From an uncultured Opitutales bacterium (GTDB taxonomy: Bacteria > Myxococcota_A > UBA9160 > SMWR01): 64,000 nucleotides of DNA. Position 1 is the stretch's first letter. Each line of letters starts with the position of its first letter. Location: assembly GCA_964194865.1 (NCBI GenBank), contig CAXMOC010000141.1:8370-72369 (forward strand), in the 5' to 3' direction. Under the pieces are notes generated by a model. That model did no database searches. It was not told the origin of the DNA and was given only the letters and a program-made list of their open reading frames with translations. The position numbers were made by a program, and so were the translations under genes. Of the stretch, positions 58,022 through 64,000 are shown piece by piece.

Positions 58022-58050
58022 GGACGCAATCTAGCAGGATGCGCTGACCG

Positions 58051-59601
58051 CTAGAGCGGAATATTTCCGTGCTTCTTCGGCGGATTCGAGTCTCGCTTGT
58101 TGACCAGCATCTCCAGCGCTGAGATGATCCGCGGCCGCGTCTCCTCGGGCTGGATCACAGCGTCGATGTAGCCGAGCTCGGCGGCTTTGTAGGGGCTGGC
58201 GAAGGCCTCCCGGTACTCGTCGCTCAGCTCTTGCCGGCGCGCCTCGGGATCTTCCGCGCCTTGCAGCTCCTTGCGGAACACGATGTTCACCGCACCGTCG
58301 GGGCCCATCACCGCGATCTCTGCGGTTGGATACGCGTAGTTGATGTCGGATCGAATGTGCTTGCTGTTCATCACGACATACGCGCCGCCGTAGGCCTTGC
58401 GAGTGACCACGGTAATGCGGGGAACGGTGGCTTCGCAGAAGGCGTAAAGGAGCTTGGCGCCGTGCTTGATGATCCCGCCGTGCTCTTGATCCACACCCGG
58501 CAGAAAGCCCGGTACGTCGACGAGGGTGACCAGCGGAATGTTGAAGGAATCGCAGAAGCGGACGAAGCGCGCCGCCTTCTTCGAAGCATCGATGTCCAGT
58601 ACGCCCGCGAGGTAAGCGGGCTGGTTGGCGACGATACCCACCGAGCGTCCCCCGAACCGGCAGAAGCCGACGAGGATATTGCGCGCGTTGAGCGGCGCGA
58701 CCTCGAAGAAGATCCCATCGTCGACGATGAGCCGAATCAGCTCCTTCATGTCGTACGGGTTGTTCGGTTTGTCGGGAACCAGCGTGCGAAGCTCCGGCGC
58801 CATGCGATCACTGGCGTCGCCCGTGGCCACGAAAGGCGGATCCTCGTGGTTGTTCTGGGGAATGAATGACAACAGCGACCGAATCGTCTGGATGCACTCT
58901 TCTTCGCTCTCCACCGCGAAGTCCGCGACGCCACTCTTGGAAGCGTGCGTGGCGGCACCGCCGAGAGCTTCGGCCGACACCTCCTCGCGCGTCACCGTCT
59001 TGATCACGTCCGGCCCGGTGATGAACATGTTGCTGGTTCCCTTCACCATGATGATGAAGTCCGTCATGGCCGGGGAGTAGACGGCGCCGCCCGCGCAGGG
59101 CCCCATGATCGCCGAAATCTGCGGCACCACTCCCGAGGCCAACACGTTGCGCAAGAAGACATCACCGTAGCCGCCGAGCGAAACCACGCCCTCTTGAATC
59201 CGGGCACCTGCTCCGTCGTTCAATCCGATCACCGGTGCCCCGACCTTGGCGGCCAGATCCATCACCTTGCAAATCTTCTCCGCGAAGGCTCCCGACAAGC
59301 TGCCGCCAAAGACGGTGAAATCCTGCGCGAAGACGAAGACCTGGCGCCCACCGACCTTCCCGTAACCGGTCACGACCCCGTCGCCGAGCGACCGGGTGTT
59401 CTGCATACCGAAGTCCGTGCAGCGGTGGGTCACGAAGGCGTCCAGCTCGACGAAGCTTCCAGGATCGAAGAGCTTGTCGATGCGCTCGCGCGCCGTGAGC
59501 TTGCCAGCCGCGTGCTGACGCTTGACGCGCTCTTCACCGCCCCCCACCAGGGCGGTCTCGTTCATTTGCTCGAGCTTCTTGATCTTCGCTTCAATCGACA
59601 T
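58051..59601 (-). CDS. Acyl-CoA carboxyltransferase (PccB/MmdA family)
   Basis: [57 protein letters not shown]. Confidence 0.95.
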   Translation of the reverse strand: MSIEAKIKKLEQMNETALVGGGEERVKRQHAAGKLTARERIDKLFDPGSFVELDAFVTHRCTDFGMQNTRSLGDGVVTGYGKVGGRQVFVFAQDFTVFGGSLSGAFAEKICKVMDLAAKVGAPVIGLNDGAGARIQEGVVSLGGYGDVFLRNVLASGVVPQISAIMGPCAGGAVYSPAMTDFIIMVKGTSNMFITGPDVIKTVTREEVSAEALGGAATHASKSGVADFAVESEEECIQTIRSLLSFIPQNNHEDPPFVATGDASDRMAPELRTLVPDKPNNPYDMKELIRLIVDDGIFFEVAPLNARNILVGFCRFGGRSVGIVANQPAYLAGVLDIDASKKAARFVRFCDSFNIPLVTLVDVPGFLPGVDQEHGGIIKHGAKLLYAFCEATVPRITVVTRKAYGGAYVVMNSKHIRSDINYAYPTAEIAVMGPDGAVNIVFRKELQGAEDPEARRQELSDEYREAFASPYKAAELGYIDAVIQPEETRPRIISALEMLVNKRDSNPPKKHGNIPL

Positions 59602-59632
59602 GCGGTTTCGCTCGCGACGCTCCAGAAATCGA

Positions 59633-60913
59633 TCAGGCGCCGGCTAGATCACCAATGATCTGCTCGAGCCTGAGCGTGTATTGGACGAGATCGATCTTCT
59701 CCCGAGCCACGCCGGAATCCATGGCAGCCTTGGCGACGGCCGGGGCGACGAAGAGCAGGACCCTGGGGTCAAAGGGCTTCGGGATGATGTACTTGGGTCC
59801 GAATTCGAACTCTTCGCCGGGGTAGGCGTCCCGAACGGCGGAGGGAACCTCCTCGGTACGGCGTGTGACCTCCACCAAGGCCATCACGGCTGCCCGCTTC
59901 ATGGGCTCGTTGATCGCCCGGGCGCGAACATCCAGAGCGCCCCGAAAAATGAAGGGGAATCCCAGCACGTTGTTGACCTGGTTGGGGAAGTCGGATCGGC
60001 CGGTGGCGATGATGGCATCCGCGCGAACGGCCTCGACTTCGGCTGGGTCGATCTCGGGATCGGGATTCGCCATCGCGAACACGATGGGCTTAGGGGCCAT
60101 TCGACCCACCATCTCCCGGGTCACCACGCCGGCCTGGGAGAGGCCGACAAAGACGTCAGCCCCGTCCATGGCATCTGCCAGGGTTCGCCTGGAGGTTTGT
60201 GTCGCGAACTCTGCCTTTTGTGGGTTCATCCCCTCGCTGCGTCCATCGTGGATCACGCCACGGCTGTCACATACGAGCAGGTTTCCCGGCCGAATGCCCA
60301 GGTCCCGGTAGAGTCGCGCGCAGGCGATGCCCGAGGCACCGGCGCCCGAGAAGACCACCCTTGTGTCGGTAATATCGCGCCCCGTGATCTCGAGTGCGTT
60401 CAGGAGAGCAGCCGCCGAGATGATCGCCGTCCCGTGTTGGTCGTCGTGAAAGACCGGAATGTCGAGGGTTTCGGCCAGGCGACGCTCGATCTCGAAGCAC
60501 TCGGGCGCCCGGATGTCCTCGAGGTTGATGCCGCCGAAGCTCGGAGAGATGATCTGGATGGTCCGGACGATTTCGTCGACGTCGAGGCTGTCGATCTCGA
60601 TGTCGAATACATCGATGTCAGCGAAGCGTTTGAAGAGGACCGCCTTGCCCTCCATCACGGGTTTTCCGGCCAGCGGCCCGATGTTCCCCAGCCCCAGCAC
60701 GGCGGATCCGTTGGAGATCACGGCGACGAGGTTGCCCTTCGCGGTGTAGGTAAAAACGGCGTCAGGGTTCTTTGCGATCTCGCGGCAGGGCTCGGCCACC
60801 CCGGGGCTGTAGGCCAGGGATAGATCGTCTTGGGTCACGGTGGATTTGGTGGGCGTGACCTCGATCTTTCCCGGCCGTCCCTCGGAGTGGTAGGCGAGGG
60901 CCTCGTTACGCAT
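59633..60913 (-). CDS. Malic enzyme (MaeB-type ME domain, no PTA domain)
   Basis: ALAYH...[53 protein letters not shown]. Confidence 0.92.
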   Translation of the reverse strand: MRNEALAYHSEGRPGKIEVTPTKSTVTQDDLSLAYSPGVAEPCREIAKNPDAVFTYTAKGNLVAVISNGSAVLGLGNIGPLAGKPVMEGKAVLFKRFADIDVFDIEIDSLDVDEIVRTIQIISPSFGGINLEDIRAPECFEIERRLAETLDIPVFHDDQHGTAIISAAALLNALEITGRDITDTRVVFSGAGASGIACARLYRDLGIRPGNLLVCDSRGVIHDGRSEGMNPQKAEFATQTSRRTLADAMDGADVFVGLSQAGVVTREMVGRMAPKPIVFAMANPDPEIDPAEVEAVRADAIIATGRSDFPNQVNNVLGFPFIFRGALDVRARAINEPMKRAAVMALVEVTRRTEEVPSAVRDAYPGEEFEFGPKYIIPKPFDPRVLLFVAPAVAKAAMDSGVAREKIDLVQYTLRLEQIIGDLAGA

Positions 60914-61115
60914 GACCAAGCTGATCCCCAAGGCGGTTCACCGAGGCCCGGCTTGGCCTCGAAATTGGCAAGCGGCCGAGTCTATCAGATCCGCTGGCCC
61001 CACGGCAGAGGGCAAAAGTAGCGCTGGTTCGCAGACTTCGGCCGGATTGGACGGCCGCGGCACAGCTCTGGGCGACTGTGGCGCGGCTAGACGGACCCAG
61101 AAGCGAGGCGTTCGG

Positions 61116-61913
61116 TCAGCGGGGCCCGTAGCCCAGGTCACTCGAAAGACTCGCCGCCGCAGCGCTCACCCGGGGGACGACGTGTCGCATCAGGTGATCG
61201 ACTCCCAGGCGAGACGAAGGCCCGGAGATCGAGAGTGCAGCCACCACGAGACCACTGCGATCGTAGACCGGCGCGCCCACACAGCTGAGGCCGACCTCGC
61301 ACTCCTCGACATCCAGCGCGAAACCCTGCCCCGCGACCGTGCGGATATGCTCGAAGAACTTCAGCGGATCTACGATCGTGGCCGCCGTTCGCTGGGCGAG
61401 CGGTCGACCCTCCACGATGGTCTCGTCATAGAGCTGACGGCATTCGTTCGTTCCCAACCCGAGCAAGACCTTGCCGAGCGCCGTGCAATGCACCGGCAAG
61501 CGCTGGCCCACGCGGGAAGGGGCCAGGATCGCCTGTTGCGAAACCACTGCATCTACGTGCACGACCTCGAAGGACGTCATCAGCGCCAGGTGCGCGGTCT
61601 CTTCCACGGACCGGGAAAGTTCCCGCAAGGTCGGGCGGGCTCGGTCGAGCAGCGGGTGACTCCGACTGAACGCTTCGCCCAGGTCCAGGCAGCGACTCCC
61701 GAGTCGATAGCGCTCGTTGACCGCGCTCTGTTCGATGTAACCGTGCTGCTCCAACGTGGCGAGCAGTCGAAACACGTTGTTCTTGTGGAGGGCCAGCCGC
61801 TTCGCCAGCTCGGTGACTCCAAGCTCGCTGGTTGCGCGAAACTCCTCGAGGAGACGCAGGGCGTTGATGACGGTCGAGATCGCGTAGTCGCCCTTGGGTT
61901 TCTTCGGCGGCAT
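61116..61913 (-). CDS. IclR family transcriptional regulator
   Basis: HTH GVTELAKRLALHKNNVFRLLATL, ETAHL, HCTALGK, GFALDVEE, AALSISGP. Confidence 0.93.
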   Translation of the reverse strand: MPPKKPKGDYAISTVINALRLLEEFRATSELGVTELAKRLALHKNNVFRLLATLEQHGYIEQSAVNERYRLGSRCLDLGEAFSRSHPLLDRARPTLRELSRSVEETAHLALMTSFEVVHVDAVVSQQAILAPSRVGQRLPVHCTALGKVLLGLGTNECRQLYDETIVEGRPLAQRTAATIVDPLKFFEHIRTVAGQGFALDVEECEVGLSCVGAPVYDRSGLVVAALSISGPSSRLGVDHLMRHVVPRVSAAAASLSSDLGYGPR

Positions 61914-62057
61914 GGGTCTACAACCCCTCAACCCCCCGAAGGCCAACCGCTTTCCGCCGACGGAACTCGACGGGCCGCGACCTCTCGCGGGCATCTCGAC
62001 CTGGGGGGGAGGAGGGTCGACACGCCCGATCAATCTGAGAACTGACCTACTCCTAAA

Positions 62058-62085
62058 GCTGGCTTCCAACCGCTGGCTTTCAACC
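62058..62085. repeat. 14-bp tandem direct repeat upstream of the IclR gene
   Basis: gctggcttccaacc / gctggctttcaacc. Confidence 0.6.
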
Positions 62086-62325
62086 CTGGTGTTTGAGAAT
62101 CGAACTGCTGTGCGCCGGGGCGCCGAACCGAATTGATGCCGCTCCGACGGTCAATAGAACAAGTCAGCTTCTATCGTATGGATCCAACCGTTGTCAACTG
62201 GATTTCCATCAACTTTCGACGGAAAGAGTCAACAGAAACCTTCTTGTGTTTACCTTAGGCTCGCAGCCTGCCGACGGTGAAGACGATTTCGGAATCGTAT
62301 CACGCGCGGCGCGGAGGGAGAAAAA

Positions 62326-62844
62326 TTACGCGTTGGGCTCGCCTTCGCTTGCGGATGCGCGTTGTTCACCTTCGCTGGCGAGCAGCTCCAACACGAGTAG
62401 GCCGACGCCGAGGACGATCGCAGAATCCGCAACGTTGAAATCGGGCCACGCATATCCCCCCCAGAGACGAAAGTGTAGGAAGTCGACCACTTCCTGGCGG
62501 AAGATGCGATCGGACAGATTCCCGAGTGCACCACCCAAAATCAAGCCGAGTGCGAGAGCGGCAAGCCGATCCCCGGGGGAGAGCTTTCGGTAGAAGGAGA
62601 TGATGATGCCGACAGCGATCAACGCGACGAAGATGAAGAAGGGAAGACGAAATGCTTGTGGTGCGTCTGCAAACAGACCGAACGCAGCGCCGCTGTTTCG
62701 GACATGCGTGAGATAGAAGAAGCCGTCGATTACCGGAACGCGGTCCGCGTACGCAATATTCGCGCTGATGGCGATCTTGGTCGCGAGATCCGTTGCAAAG
62801 ATGACCAGAAACGCGGTGAGCGCGACGCGAAACTTTGGTTGCAT
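62326..62844 (-). CDS. lspA: Lipoprotein signal peptidase II
   Basis: DLATK, RNSGAAFG, GGALGNLSDR, VVDF, FNVADS. Confidence 0.96.
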   Translation of the reverse strand: MQPKFRVALTAFLVIFATDLATKIAISANIAYADRVPVIDGFFYLTHVRNSGAAFGLFADAPQAFRLPFFIFVALIAVGIIISFYRKLSPGDRLAALALGLILGGALGNLSDRIFRQEVVDFLHFRLWGGYAWPDFNVADSAIVLGVGLLVLELLASEGEQRASASEGEPNA

Positions 62845-62880
62845 GAGTTGGAGCAACCTATCACACGGTCCCCACAGGGG

Positions 62881-63411
62881 CTATCGAAGCTCTCGCACGT
62901 CGAGGCGAGCGTCGCCCCACACCGAGGGAGCAAGCTGCCTCGCGCGAGCGAGCAGGCGGTCGGCCTCCGTCGTGCGACCCAATTCCTGGAGCGCTCCGCC
63001 GCGCAGCCCCAGAACGTGGGGCTCAACCCGCGGGGACAGGCGACTGTCGACAGGAAGTAGTGACTGAACGCGATCGAGATTCTCGAGCGCCCGCTCGGCA
63101 TCAGCGATCGAGACGTAGTATCTGGCCAGAGCTAGATAGACGAACGGATTGCCGGGGTCGATCTGGATCGCGCGTTCGTAGCGGCCGAGTGCGCGGAGAG
63201 CAGCACCAGCTAGCTCCGCATCGAGGCCCTCGATGACCAGACGCACTGAGGCTTGTCGTCGCGAATCCCCTACATCGGTGATCTGAGAAATGCGCAGCGG
63301 AGTACCGCCCGGTGCACCGAGCGTTCCAGCGCACGCCGAAGCAAGGCCGATTGCAAGCGCGATGACGACAGGCCACGCTCCGCAGCTTCGCGCGGACGTG
63401 GCGAGGCTCAC
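62881..63411 (-). CDS. Putative TPR lipoprotein
   Basis: Hydrophobic signal ending LASAC; TPR-like YERAIQIDPGNPFVYLALARYY; overlaps the PBP stop. Confidence 0.7.
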   Translation of the reverse strand: MSLATSARSCGAWPVVIALAIGLASACAGTLGAPGGTPLRISQITDVGDSRRQASVRLVIEGLDAELAGAALRALGRYERAIQIDPGNPFVYLALARYYVSIADAERALENLDRVQSLLPVDSRLSPRVEPHVLGLRGGALQELGRTTEADRLLARARQLAPSVWGDARLDVRELR

Positions 63412-64000
63412 AGCTGTCTCCGAAGCCAGTCGAAGAAGAGCCGCTGGGTGCGCTGGAACCCCTCTTCGTCAGCACCGGCGACCGCCCCCCTCGGGCAGAC
63501 ATCGGTTGGCTCGGTCCCCTCGAGGAACAGCTCTCGTTTGCGCTCCGGACAGCCCCAGACGGCGCGGGCGCCCGTGAGCGGGTCGATGTCCACCACGCGC
63601 ACACTCTGCGGTCGGGGAAAGCGACCGTGAATCTCGCCACCCGTCAGCTCACCGACGAAGCGACGCCAGATCGGGAGTGCAACACGGCTGCTGGCGAGGC
63701 CGACGCTTCGGGGTTCGTCGAAGCCGATCCAGACGACGGCGACCAACTCGGGCGTGTAGCCAACGAACCACAAGTCGCGCTCGTCGTCACTCGTACCCGT
63801 CTTGGCTGCGATCGGGCCGCGAATTCCGGTTGCGCGGACGCCGGCCGCGGTGCCCCGATGCGCGACCCCTTGCAGCAGCGAGGTGGCGAGGTGGGCGGTT
63901 CCCTCGTCTAGTACGCGCTCGTGGTGCAGCTCCCGGCGCTCGAGGGTATTACCCTTGGGATCCACCAGATCCTCGATCGAATGCACCTGGGGTCGCACTC
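63408..64000 (-). CDS. Class A penicillin-binding protein (PBP1B-like), C-terminal part; runs off the window
   Basis: GTA, KTGT, DLWFVGYTP, VWIGFD, ALPIW, C-terminal IDPLTG...C...F..GTEP. Confidence 0.88.
   Translation of the reverse strand, partial: VRPQVHSIEDLVDPKGNTLERRELHHERVLDEGTAHLATSLLQGVAHRGTAAGVRATGIRGPIAAKTGTSDDERDLWFVGYTPELVAVVWIGFDEPRSVGLASSRVALPIWRRFVGELTGGEIHGRFPRPQSVRVVDIDPLTGARAVWGCPERKRELFLEGTEPTDVCPRGAVAGADEEGFQRTQRLFFDWLRRQL

Noticed and set aside
1191..60823. Many long alternative-frame or antisense ORFs (e.g. 1191-2522, 21286-23601, 38248-40038, 44086-45684, 59681-60823)
   Set aside because: They overlap well-supported genes, lack family motifs and are the shadow ORFs expected in high-GC DNA

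Overview
High-GC bacterial chromosomal window, mostly core genome. Gene order and the sigma54/two-component content suggest a deltaproteobacterial or Myxococcota-like lineage (inference only). From left to right it holds an FAD oxidoreductase; rpsU-dnaG-rpoD; rho-prfA-prmC-murA-hisDBH-(lipoprotein)-hisAF; selA-HNH-MinD/FlhG-like ATPase-J/HTH protein-rluD-pgeF; and rne-rplU-rpmA-obgE-proBA-nadD-rsfS-gpmI-comF. A long minus-strand run follows: M23 peptidase, hypothetical, gshA, DUF1232, REC-PAS, unknown membrane protein, Grx-TrxB fusion, Na+-decarboxylase gamma/BCCP/beta, and a PAS-HisKA-REC protein lacking the ATPase domain. Then come an M20 peptidase, aminotransferase, GNAT, secreted hypothetical, tandem-domain thyX, a sigma54/c-di-GMP signalling cassette, tatBC, a 27-bp inverted-repeat element, nucleoside hydrolase, biotin carboxylase, carboxyltransferase, malic enzyme, IclR, lspA, a TPR lipoprotein and a partial class A PBP. 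I found no rRNA, tRNA, CRISPR array or transposase. The best candidate for an undescribed system is 48.4-53.9 kb. There, two consensus sigma54 promoters precede (i) a chimeric protein of pseudo-receiver, GAFTGA-less AAA+, intact HisKA and degenerate ATPase domains plus an NtrC-family activator, and (ii) a REC-HD-GYP phosphodiesterase plus a PilZ protein. The second candidate is a Na+-pumping decarboxylase with no alpha subunit, complemented 22 kb away by a carboxyltransferase and a biotin carboxylase with no biotin carrier. All family calls come from motifs read by eye; no database searches were run.
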